From an uncultured delta proteobacterium (lineage in GTDB: Bacteria > Desulfobacterota > Binatia > UBA9968): DNA of 64,000 bases. The position numbers were made by a program, and so were the translations under genes. This document shows positions 38,265 to 47,594 of this stretch, in pieces. The stretch is from positions 768,001-832,000 of the forward strand of contig CAVSHR010000004.1 of assembly GCA_963727625.1 (NCBI GenBank). The letters run 5' to 3'. Within the stretch, counting starts at the first letter, position 1, and the number at the start of each line of letters is the position of its first letter. Below the pieces are notes generated by a model, which worked only from the letters and a program-made list of their open reading frames with translations, was not told the origin of the DNA and did no database searches.

Positions 38265-38615
38265 ATGGAACCATCCGATCATAGGAAACGGCGTAAAAGA
38301 TTGAAGCGCGCCAGGGGCAATGCTTGCCGCTGGCAAACCTGAAGGGTGAACCGTGTTGCGGCGTTCCAACAACTTAAACGGCGTCGTCTCGGCGCTCCGG
38401 CCGCGCGACGAGCTGGCGAAGGACATGGGCGTGACCGCCGATCCTGTCCCGGCCTACCGAGGTTACGCCGTGGCTCACAATACCCGAAGCGAATCTGAGA
38501 GTGATGGGATCTTTGCCCGGCTACGGGATTACGGTGCGAAAATCGTCAAGCAACCGCAAAAACCCTCTGGGGGGCGGTTATTCCGGATACTTTTCCAATC
38601 GCGACGGCCATATAG
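38265..38615 (+). pseudogene. VOC-family pseudogene interrupted at an IS end
   Basis: Broken frames: LNGVV..PRDELAKD, AHNTRSE, IVKQPQK..GG; ends at catatag next to the IS. Confidence 0.75.
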
Positions 38616-39147
38616 TACTACTGTGTCATTAATGTTGGCGCACCATGTTGCAAGGGGGACAACGAGGGAGTTGTGTGATGATATCGCAAGCGAGCCTGAA
38701 GCGCAGTGTCGCGATGGAATCGGGCACGTGACGTTGCGCGCGCCGGGCTGCCGCGCGGGGTGTAATTTTGGGGTAAGCCAGGCATTTTTGATCGAGAGGA
38801 GTTTTTTTTAGAGCCGCCATGTTTAAGCCGGTCTGCCAACAAGAAGCCATAGGCGGCAATGCACAAGGTGGCGTGATGATGAAAGCCACGCCACCCCGTC
38901 CCTCGTAGTGGCTCAGGCCAAATTCCTGTTTAAGCTCCTGATAGTCCCGTTCAATGCGCCAGCGCATCTTGGTGGTCTTGACCAAATCGAGCAGCGCGGT
39001 GTCAGCGGGCAAGGTCGACAACCAATACTTGGTCGGTTCGGTTTGATCTTGAGGCCATTCGATCAACAACCATTGCTCTTGGCGTGGAGCCCTGAGGCCT
39101 TCTTGTTCCCGATGCGCAACCCGTACTCGCACCGCGGCAAAGCGCGA
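38616..39147 (-). mobile_element. IS701-family transposase 3' remnant, frameshifted
   Basis: RFAAVRVRVAHR, WLLIEWP..EPTKYWLSTLP, RWRIERDYQELKQEFGLSHYEGR, then in a shifted frame CIAAYGFL...MTQ*. Confidence 0.9.
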
Positions 39148-39340
39148 CGAATTCTACGATTGGGATTGTCACTCCTTTCACTTTATCGGCGGCAAACCCT
39201 TGGGCACCAACGACTCTATGGCGCTTTACGAAGCCATCGAACAGGAAGATTACCTGCTCGAGCTTGCCCAATCCTTAGACAAAGGGAACCACCCGGACCT
39301 GATGACAGGACTGGGGAAGGACAACCCTTTCAATGTTTAG
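39146..39340 (+). pseudogene. 3' fragment of a paralogue of the 36088-37173 VOC protein
   Basis: DEFYDWDCHSFHFIGGKPLGTNDSMALYEAIEQEDYLLELAQSLDKGNHPDLMTGLGKDNPFNV*. Confidence 0.9.
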
Positions 39341-39531
39341 ACTTAGAGTTATTGGAAACGATTAAAACGCAAGAAGCGTACTATCTCATCTGCGTCGTGA
39401 ATCCGTTCTAACATTTAGCAAGGCGTTTTAATAATAATCTTGACCACATTGGCACCAAGTCCCGGCTAATTATACTGCGTGAGCCGGTGTGAAAATCACT
39501 TTGCCGTTAAACCGCACCATGATTATTTTTC

Positions 39532-39561
39532 TTGACACAGCTTTGCCCTGGTGGTTAGAGT
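39532..39561 (+). promoter_or_regulatory. Candidate sigma70 promoter for the small Cys protein
   Basis: TTGACA-18nt-TAGAGT, flanked by inverted repeat gagccggtgtgaaa (39481) / tttcgcaccggctc (to 39609). Confidence 0.5.
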
Positions 39562-39790
39562 CTGCGTCTATTTAACTTTAACGATTTTTTTTAAATTTCG
39601 CACCGGCTCAACTTACGACTTGGTTGAATGGGTTATCGGCCAATTTAGGCGGATAATATGTTTCCAGCAGCGAAACCTTGTACGTGGGTTGCTTTACCCT
39701 TGTTAGGACGCAGCGCTTCGTTTTTCCGGACGAATGCCGCGTACGCAAACATTCTTACAGGTCAAAAAAAACACGAGGAGGGAAATCTTT

Positions 39791-40078
39791 ATGTCACTTA
39801 CTTTTCAGGTAACAGTTGACACAGGAAACCTCGGCGATCCAAATCAGAGACCGAAAGCACCGGAGGGGTCGCCTCCCATCACTGTCAGTCGATTGAACCC
39901 CAATGACTTCGTCGGAAAATTAAATTCTGGAAACGTAGCCATATACGGGTTTATTTGCAAAGATGTGAGCATTCCAAGCATAGAACAAGGTGCGGCTGAC
40001 TGCGATCCCAAATACCTTGCGGACGATGGCTGCGTTATTATTTATCTAGGTGGTACGCCTTACCGGATGTGTCCGTAA
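39791..40078 (+). CDS. Small protein with C-terminal Cys-hairpin (CVIIYLGGTPYRMCP)
   Basis: Strong RBS gaggaggg before ATG 39791; 95 aa, 4 Cys, no obvious signal peptide. Confidence 0.7.
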   Translation: MSLTFQVTVDTGNLGDPNQRPKAPEGSPPITVSRLNPNDFVGKLNSGNVAIYGFICKDVSIPSIEQGAADCDPKYLADDGCVIIYLGGTPYRMCP

Positions 40079-40201
40079 TAATAGGGTTCGGCTTCTGAGA
40101 CATTGGCGCCTCACAGGCTGCTCGGGGCCCCGGTCTAAAAATTTTACTGAATTCGAAATCGTGAGAATACTCGTCGCCGGCCGGGCATCTCCGGCTTACC
40201 A

Positions 40202-43200
40202 TTACGGTAGTGCTATGGTGATTTTGCCAAAGAGCATCCTGCCTGGTCGTAGGCTTGGGTTATTAAAGTCACGGTCGTAGAATTTGAACTTACGGTCGGT
40301 GAGATTGGTTACGCCGACCGTTACGATACCGTAACGGTCGGGCAGGCGATAATTGAGACCCGCATCCACGGTCCAAAAGGCGTCGGACCCGTTCGCACGA
40401 GCGCCATTCGTGGGAACGAATCTTCCGGCTTGATTGACGTAAGTAGATGAGAGCGTCGCACTGAACCCCGATGGATGGAAGAAGTTAACGCCTAACGGGA
40501 TTCGATAAGTCTGCAAGCGTATAGGCAAACCGGCCACCCCGTCGCTTTTAAAGTGCTCAAATTGGTATTCTGCGCGTAGGGCCCACCAACGATGTGGTGC
40601 CCAGAAAAGGTAGAGTCGGCTTAAATCCTCTTGCATATCATCTTTTCGAAGAGTTGTAGTTGCGGCGAAAATGTTTCTTTGAACCACCTGACTATTCAGG
40701 TCTCGACGCGTATATTCCGCGCCTGTGAAGAGTTCTTTTGTAAATTTCTGGTCCAGGGCAACACCGTAGTTCCACGCGGATGTGCCGTTGAAATCGTCGA
40801 AGAATTGGTTGAATCCCGCCACCTGAGTCGGTTCGATTGTTTGATCGGTGATCAGAGTTCTTTTTAAGGTTCTGAATGCCGCTGCGCGGATGGTTGTGTT
40901 CAGCCACGGATTCCACGTAACACCGAACTTTGGATTAAACTGTCGACGATCACCGACATCGGGGCTTTTCCCATTGGTGAACTCGCCACTTGCACCGAAA
41001 GTAACAGTCGCGTTCTTCAAAGGACTCCAATGGAAGTAGGCGTAAGTATTGGCTTGTTTAAGGTCCGTAGGGAACCGCGAGAAGAATAAGCTGGGAAACG
41101 GCGGAGGAAGAGCTAGCTTTGTCGCAATGTCAGAATGACCGTCGACTTTGGCATAGCCGATGCCGCTCGTCAAATTGATCGATCCTAAACGAAAGAGATG
41201 TTCAAGCTCTACGCTAGTCGCGCTCTCGGGCCTTTTCGAGTTGATATAGGTGAACGGAAACGGCAACTGCTGAACGTCGCTTCGAAAGACGACCTCTTGA
41301 TGAATCAATGAGCCTATAACTATTGAATTTGGCGAGAATGCGTGGCGCAGCCCGAAACGTCCCGTGTTTCTCTCTTCGGCATCTCTTTGCCCGGGAAAGA
41401 AATCGTCGGGAAAAAATCGTAAGCCAATGTCGCCGCTTTTAAAATTTCGGTATCGATATTCACCTTGCACACTCGTTTCTGGAGAAAGTTCCAGTTGCAA
41501 AAAAGCGTTGCCGATAGAGTCTTTCTGGTCTGCGTTCGTTCTCCAACCGTCCGTCTGAAAGTGAAATCCGCCCAAGCTAAAAGCCGCCTTCTGATAGATT
41601 CCCGAGAGCACGCCTTCACCCGCATAAGTATTATTATCTCCCCCGAGAGCAGTCGTTTGAAAATTAACCCCATTGCGATTGAACAGTGGATTGAATTCAT
41701 TGAAAGACAGCGCCGCCGGTCCTCCGGCGCTGATCAGGAACAGATTGCTTTCGGCTAAACGGGGTTGGATAGGCGTCATATTGAGAGGCTGGAGCAACTG
41801 CGACTGTAGCAATTCGCTCACTCGAGCAATCTCGTGACGTGGTAGAACCGCGTACGAGTCGGCAAGAAAACGATGGGCAGAGAAATTTATCGGGTCAGTG
41901 TTGACCGACTTCCATCCTTCCACCAGTGCCAATTGCTGGAAGCCGAGATCGCTGTAAATACGTGCTTGGCTAGCGCTCCGAGCGGCTAGGTCGGAATCAA
42001 GCTCGAGACGCGAGCGGTAGATTGCGCGATTGTCGTTCAACTCAATCGCCTTCTCCATGTCATGCAAAGCCTCGACTGGCCGGTTGGTGGTTTGCTTAGC
42101 AATCGCATCATAGAACCAGGGTGTAGGGTCTTTCGGGTCCAGTTCCTTGGCGATGGCATATTCCCGCTCATCCAATCGACCCCGTTTCTCCTCATAGTAG
42201 GCTTTGCCCAAATAACTTCGGACGATCGAGTTATTAGGAGCCAGGCTTACAGCTATCTCAATCTCTCTTCTTCCTTCTTCCAATCCGCCTTCTCGGATCT
42301 TTGCCAAACCCAGACCCAACCTCGGCAGATAATCCGACTGGTCGAACTCAATCGCTTTTGCGAAAGCAGCCTTTGCTTCATCGGTGTCGACCTGGGTGAG
42401 ATAAGCGAATCCGAGGACCGTGCGGGTTCGCGACAGGCTTGGATCCAAAGCGACCGCTTTCTTGGCCGCCTCGAGGGCTTCGTCCAAATCCGCAAATGAC
42501 ATGTGAAGTTCCGCTAGCCGGGCCCAGGCAAGCGTGTTGTTTGGATTTGATTCTACAGCCCGTTGCAAACCCGCTCGCGCGCCTTCGAGATCGAAGTTCG
42601 CCTGCTGCGCGTAAGAGAGAGCGATCAACGCAGAAGCCGACTTGGGATCTGCGGCAACTGACTTCTGCGCCAGGGCGAGTGCTTTATCCTTGTCGTTTTG
42701 AACGACCGCTATTGTCGACTGGAGCGCCAACGCTTCGCCGTAGTTCGGATCCAAGCTGAGCGCCCGATCGAGGTCCGGTCCGGCTTCATCGACGCGTCCG
42801 ACGGCGAGCAACAAAGAGGCCCGATAGGCAAAAAAACGAGGCTCCCGGAGATCGTTGGGCACGCCCCTGATGGCTTCGAAGGCGGCCTGAAAATCGCCTT
42901 TCATGTAAGACTCGAGCGAATTCCGCACCATCCCCTGCCAGCCCGGTCCGGCTGGGAACTCGTTAGGTCGTAGATAGAGGGCGGGCGGATAGTATAAGGC
43001 CCATTGAACCGCATCCCGAGGACGCACGACAGTCCGTAATACGGGAGCTTGTCCCCTCTCGGCCACAGCTGATTGGCCGTCGGTCAGGATCAGGCTCCCG
43101 GCCTGGTTCGAAGCCAATACCTTGCCTTCAAATATGGTTATCAAGGCTCTGTCGGCTTCGACTTGAACGAGGCCCTCGGTTCCCTCCACTCCTGCATTGA

Positions 43201-43609
43201 CGAAGGCGGTAATGATTTCTAGATTTCGTGGCAAACGACTGAAGAAATACAGCGCGCCTTTCACCAATTCGACGAGGGAGGTTTTTTCCTCCCGTACTCC
43301 TCCGAAGGTGATGGTGGTATCCTGATTGAGGCGCAGGACGGGTTGATTGACTAACGCCACATCCGCGCGGCTCTTCTCGCCCACTTGAACCCTGTCACCC
43401 GGGCAAAAAGTGTCATTCAAACGCACCGGCTGCCACTGGGTCTGGCCGGCGCGGCTAATCTGGACGCTCCCTTGTACCGAGACCAACTTGGCCACCCAAG
43501 GATCGCACGGCGTCGCCGCCAGCGAGAGATCAGAGGAGAGAAGACAGAAACTTGTGCACGCAATCGCCAACCATCGTGTGCGGATCATAATATCGCCACT
43601 CCTTATCAC
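40202..43609 (-). CDS. FecR-domain + TPR + TonB-receptor-like beta-barrel outer-membrane protein (NsrA-like architecture)
   Basis: Signal peptide; FecR-like VSVQGSV...GDRVQVGEKSRA...LRL, AGVEGT; many TPRs; barrel C-terminus VDAGLNY..VGVTNLTD. Confidence 0.85.
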   Translation of the reverse strand: MIRSGDIMIRTRWLAIACTSFCLLSSDLSLAATPCDPWVAKLVSVQGSVQISRAGQTQWQPVRLNDTFCPGDRVQVGEKSRADVALVNQPVLRLNQDTTITFGGVREEKTSLVELVKGALYFFSRLPRNLEIITAFVNAGVEGTEGLVQVEADRALITIFEGKVLASNQAGSLILTDGQSAVAERGQAPVLRTVVRPRDAVQWALYYPPALYLRPNEFPAGPGWQGMVRNSLESYMKGDFQAAFEAIRGVPNDLREPRFFAYRASLLLAVGRVDEAGPDLDRALSLDPNYGEALALQSTIAVVQNDKDKALALAQKSVAADPKSASALIALSYAQQANFDLEGARAGLQRAVESNPNNTLAWARLAELHMSFADLDEALEAAKKAVALDPSLSRTRTVLGFAYLTQVDTDEAKAAFAKAIEFDQSDYLPRLGLGLAKIREGGLEEGRREIEIAVSLAPNNSIVRSYLGKAYYEEKRGRLDEREYAIAKELDPKDPTPWFYDAIAKQTTNRPVEALHDMEKAIELNDNRAIYRSRLELDSDLAARSASQARIYSDLGFQQLALVEGWKSVNTDPINFSAHRFLADSYAVLPRHEIARVSELLQSQLLQPLNMTPIQPRLAESNLFLISAGGPAALSFNEFNPLFNRNGVNFQTTALGGDNNTYAGEGVLSGIYQKAAFSLGGFHFQTDGWRTNADQKDSIGNAFLQLELSPETSVQGEYRYRNFKSGDIGLRFFPDDFFPGQRDAEERNTGRFGLRHAFSPNSIVIGSLIHQEVVFRSDVQQLPFPFTYINSKRPESATSVELEHLFRLGSINLTSGIGYAKVDGHSDIATKLALPPPFPSLFFSRFPTDLKQANTYAYFHWSPLKNATVTFGASGEFTNGKSPDVGDRRQFNPKFGVTWNPWLNTTIRAAAFRTLKRTLITDQTIEPTQVAGFNQFFDDFNGTSAWNYGVALDQKFTKELFTGAEYTRRDLNSQVVQRNIFAATTTLRKDDMQEDLSRLYLFWAPHRWWALRAEYQFEHFKSDGVAGLPIRLQTYRIPLGVNFFHPSGFSATLSSTYVNQAGRFVPTNGARANGSDAFWTVDAGLNYRLPDRYGIVTVGVTNLTDRKFKFYDRDFNNPSLRPGRMLFGKITIALP

Positions 43610-43900
43610 CCCGAGAGGTGATCGTGCCGAAATCCGAAGTTGACGCTTCGACAGAGTCTCGATGACCAGCTAACTTGTTATTTCTCCGTATGCCAGCGTC
43701 CGTTCGTTGAGAGCGTGTCGGACAAGGAGTAAACTTTTGACGCAGTGAGAAAGTGTAAGCGCGAACTCGTTCCGGGCGGCGCGCTCGCGAAGAGAAAATT
43801 GACTCGATATAGAACCATGGCAGGACCGGGCATTTTTCATGACGCGTTTTCGCCTATTATTTGGAACTCAGAGGTATAACACACCGGAAGCCTGGGGTCA

Positions 43901-46153
43901 CTACTTTTCGTCTATCGGGATCACAGCCTTCCACGGCTCTTCAGGGGGATGCGCCTTATATTCCGCACACAACTTTAAATAGAAGCGCGAGAGGCCATCT
44001 TCTTCGAGAATACCGATACATTGATGAAATTTCACTGCCGCGTCGGTCCACGCGCGTACTTTGAAGGCGCCGAGGGCTTCGGAAAAAATGGCGCATGCTT
44101 TTTTTCTCTGATCATCCGCTTCTGCCGCGCGTCCTAACAATTCATAGACAACGACCGGCTGCGCCTTCCCCTTGAGCAAGAAGCTTCCCGCTTCCCGAGT
44201 CAAGAACCCCTCAGACTCGCCGACGGCTTCGCGAGACACCAAAATTTTCGTCTCGAGGTATTTGTTCAAGCCATCGAGCCGGGATACGGTATTCACCGTA
44301 TCGCCCGTGACGCCATATTCGTAGTGATCCCCGGCGCCGATATTGCCGAGGAAAAACTCGCCCGCATGGACTGCAATGCGCGTAGGAAGCTTGGCGTTCA
44401 TAGCACCCTGGTTGAACTGCCTAACGGCATCGGCGAGAGCCAATGCAGCCCCACAGGCTCGTTGACCAAGGCTAGAATCCGGCCGTTGTGCCTTCCAGAG
44501 GGCTATGATCGAATCTCCCTTGAGCTCCACGATAAGGCCGCCGTTTCGCTTGATCGGATCGAAGGTGACCTCGAAATACTTGTGCATCAAATCGCTCAAT
44601 TCACGAGGCCCCATCGTCTCCGATAGGTTCGTATACCCCGCGGCGTCGGCGAATAAACAAGCGCCGTAAACCATCTGGCCGCCGCGCCTAATATCGACGA
44701 TGTTTTGCGCCAGTTGGTTGACCACGTCACTCGGGACATAGTATCCGAGCGCGCTCCTAATATTCTGTCGCTCTTTATTTGTCTCGAAATAGCCGACTAA
44801 TACCGCGGCGACAAAACCGAGCGGCGCCTGCAGATAAAGCGGTACAATTATCGGATACCACATACTGTTGACCTTGAACTGGTACTCGGCAGCGGCGAGA
44901 TAAAAACCTCCCAAGGCCACCAAAGCAACCGCGGCCACCATCGTTCCATTGGTCCGAGAGAGCAACCCGACGACGATTCCCCATATTAGGATTAGCATTA
45001 CATAGGGCCAGTAGCTGAGCATTTTTACCGAAGCATCTTCGAGCAGATTCGCAAATGCCGTGGCGGCGATTTCGATGCCGCTGATGAACACGCCGTTGGC
45101 CTGGGAAAATACCGTATGAAAACTATCCTGCCTTTCCGCCAGCAATATTTCGGAGTAACCGACGAAAACGGTCTTTCCTGCAAGCGATAGCGGCTTGCGA
45201 CCGTGCGAATCTTGACCGAGGCGCAGAGCTTGATCGTACGGGATGGTCGTTAGGGTGCGGGGCGGACCGTAAAAATTGAGATAACGGCGATTGTTACCGC
45301 CATACATTCGCACGAGGGATTTGATTAGCCGGTAATCGTCCGCTTTGTAAGCCGATGGGCCGATGCGATCCAATTCCGTCATCATTTTTTCGGCAAGGGT
45401 CGGATCGCTTTCAAAAATTTCTCGGATGTCTCGAAGAAATCTCCCTGCGCCCCGCGTTTTAAACGCACTAGCCGCATCCCGCGGCAGCTCTCCCGCCAGC
45501 GACGGACTCACCCTCTCAATTAAATCTCTAAAATGGCCGTAAACGGACAAGGCCGAGAGTTGAAACGCGATAATAGGGAAGGTCGGCGTATCCCCCGCGC
45601 TGGTCTGAAACGCCCAATACTGGCTGACCCTGACGGGCATTCTGGGCAAAACAAACGGCGCGGTCGCGAAAGCTGCTTCTGAGATAGGTTCGATGGTCTG
45701 CAGCTTTTTCACGATCAAGTGCCCCGCCGTTGATCCAACGGTATCTAAGGAACGCACTTGTTCCGCTCTCAGAGGCTCGGCGAGCACAACGTTTTGCGCT
45801 CGGTGGATTGCTGCGGCAAGGGATGCATCTTCCGTACCGGAACGGGGCTCGATGAAATAAATATCGAGAACGATGACTCTGGCGCCTTCGCGGACGAGAT
45901 TCCTAATTAACTCGGCATGGAGCGAACGCGGCCATCGATCAGGATTCGGCGAGACCTTCAGGCGCTCGGCGGACTCTCGATCGATGCTGATAACGACGAC
46001 ATTGGCGGGCGGTTTTCTGGGGCCTCGCAATTTGAACAGCAATCCCAGTCCCACGTCTTCCTCAAGATCGTGGACGACGGGGAAAAAACTAATCAGTAAG
46101 CCGACAATCCCGATGAGCAAACCGAAGGCGGCGGCCTCTAGGAGGCGCGACAT
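43901..46153 (-). CDS. CHASE2-domain class III nucleotidyl cyclase
   Basis: VVVISID..WPRS.HA..GARVIVLD, GKTVFVG, GIEI (CHASE2); 3 TMs; LFAD, KGD, GDTVN.VSR, KGK. Confidence 0.92.
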   Translation of the reverse strand: MSRLLEAAAFGLLIGIVGLLISFFPVVHDLEEDVGLGLLFKLRGPRKPPANVVVISIDRESAERLKVSPNPDRWPRSLHAELIRNLVREGARVIVLDIYFIEPRSGTEDASLAAAIHRAQNVVLAEPLRAEQVRSLDTVGSTAGHLIVKKLQTIEPISEAAFATAPFVLPRMPVRVSQYWAFQTSAGDTPTFPIIAFQLSALSVYGHFRDLIERVSPSLAGELPRDAASAFKTRGAGRFLRDIREIFESDPTLAEKMMTELDRIGPSAYKADDYRLIKSLVRMYGGNNRRYLNFYGPPRTLTTIPYDQALRLGQDSHGRKPLSLAGKTVFVGYSEILLAERQDSFHTVFSQANGVFISGIEIAATAFANLLEDASVKMLSYWPYVMLILIWGIVVGLLSRTNGTMVAAVALVALGGFYLAAAEYQFKVNSMWYPIIVPLYLQAPLGFVAAVLVGYFETNKERQNIRSALGYYVPSDVVNQLAQNIVDIRRGGQMVYGACLFADAAGYTNLSETMGPRELSDLMHKYFEVTFDPIKRNGGLIVELKGDSIIALWKAQRPDSSLGQRACGAALALADAVRQFNQGAMNAKLPTRIAVHAGEFFLGNIGAGDHYEYGVTGDTVNTVSRLDGLNKYLETKILVSREAVGESEGFLTREAGSFLLKGKAQPVVVYELLGRAAEADDQRKKACAIFSEALGAFKVRAWTDAAVKFHQCIGILEEDGLSRFYLKLCAEYKAHPPEEPWKAVIPIDEK

Positions 46154-46797
46154 TTTGCTGCTCCCGTCTGAATCTCAAACTATGCGTTTGTGTTAAACAG
46201 CGCTCTTTCTCGGCTCCGACTCTACCGTGATTCGGTATAGTCCAAGCCGATTGCGCGCGCAAGGTTTGGTTGTCGAGAGCACAAGGTCAATATCATTTCG
46301 GAGTTGAAACAAATTTGAATCAAACACTTCATGTTTTGAGCGCGCCAATGCGACGACCATGATCGACGGCAAATTACGACCGCTCTGAAACCCACGGCGC
46401 GTCCAGCTCACCGTTAGCAGGTCGGCAGACGTGCAACAATTTGGGAGGCATTCACTGCCTCGAATTTAGCGCTTCAATATTTTGACGACCTATGGAAGTT
46501 TCTATGGGCGCGGTAAAATTGCCAAATGGCTTGAACAGAACGAAGCCCTTGAGCGGCTTGAGCTTTTTGAGCTTAAATCTTAGACGCGCGCCCTCACAGG
46601 CAACGATTAAATGAGATTTTTTCAGCCGCACTCCGGTGGAAACTTTTTCTCTACCCTTTGGTCTCTTTACTCTGGGATTGAATCTTCCATGCCGGCCGGA
46701 TTGAAATCAATTTTGGCTTCTCACTGCTCATGCCTGGGGCTATCTGCAATATCGCCTGCGCGGCCGGTATTGTGGACGACGGACTGGCGCCGAATCA

Positions 46798-47022
46798 GTC
46801 CCGGCCTACCGAGGTTACGCCGTGGCTCACAATACCCGAAGCGAATCTGAGATTGATGGGATCTTTGCCCGGCTACAGGATTACGGTGCGAACATCGTCA
46901 AGCAACCGCAAAAAATCCTCTGGGGCGGTTATTCCGGAAATTTTTCCGATCTCGACAGCCATATAGGAGAGATCGCTTACAATCCGTTTTGGATCATCCG
47001 GACGGATGGCCGCGTGCGATAA
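46798..47022 (+). pseudogene. VOC-family 3' fragment; direct repeat of 38446-38615
   Basis: Near-identical sequence gtcccggcctaccgagg...catatag, continuing into EIAYNPFW. Confidence 0.85.
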
Positions 47023-47063
47023 AGAAGGATTGATCCTAGGACAGAAGATTTTCACGGCGGAGG

Positions 47064-47594
47064 TTAGTTCCAAAAATCAAGCTGCGGGATGGCCGTTCGA
47101 ATGAGTTGCTCGGGCCATTCGATCACCGGCCCCGGCCAGGGCAGATGAAGTATCTGGTCGAAAAGGAGATCAAAAAAAATAAACGTCGCCAACGTCAAGC
47201 CGATCGAGATCAGCCACCGCTCCCGGGCTTGCAATTTGAGGTAGAGAAACGTGTAAAGCGGCACCGCGACAAAGAAGCCGAGCAGCCAAATACAGAAAAA
47301 AAATCCCAGCAGCCAGGCGAAAAACCTGCCGGCCTTGGCCACAACGACCTTGGAGCTCATGCTCAAGTCAACTTGTAAATCTCCCGTGTCTTCCTTCGGT
47401 CGCACGGCGACCGAGCGCGATTGATAGATTTCCAGCGCCAGCTGAATCATCGATAGAATCATGACGGGGATACCGACGATCCAGGGAAACAATTTCGTCG
47501 ATAGTGGCCAGTCCCACGCCGATAGCACCGCATAGGTTGAAAAAACAACGATGGCCAGCGTAAAAAACATTCGGGCCCGGAATTTCATCATCAA
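47064..47594 (-). CDS. tctB: Tripartite tricarboxylate transporter small subunit
   Basis: 4 TMs, FP..., LLGF...L..PWPG; follows tctA. Confidence 0.85.
   Translation of the reverse strand: MMMKFRARMFFTLAIVVFSTYAVLSAWDWPLSTKLFPWIVGIPVMILSMIQLALEIYQSRSVAVRPKEDTGDLQVDLSMSSKVVVAKAGRFFAWLLGFFFCIWLLGFFVAVPLYTFLYLKLQARERWLISIGLTLATFIFFDLLFDQILHLPWPGPVIEWPEQLIRTAIPQLDFWN

Noticed and set aside
39488-39502. CRP box (tgtgaaaatcact)
   Set aside because: Half-sites are 3 nt apart rather than 6
39665-39750. c-di-GMP-I (GEMM) riboswitch
   Set aside because: Only loose resemblance (gcgaaacc...ggacgca); the GNRA-loop stem and receptor are not evident; needs Infernal
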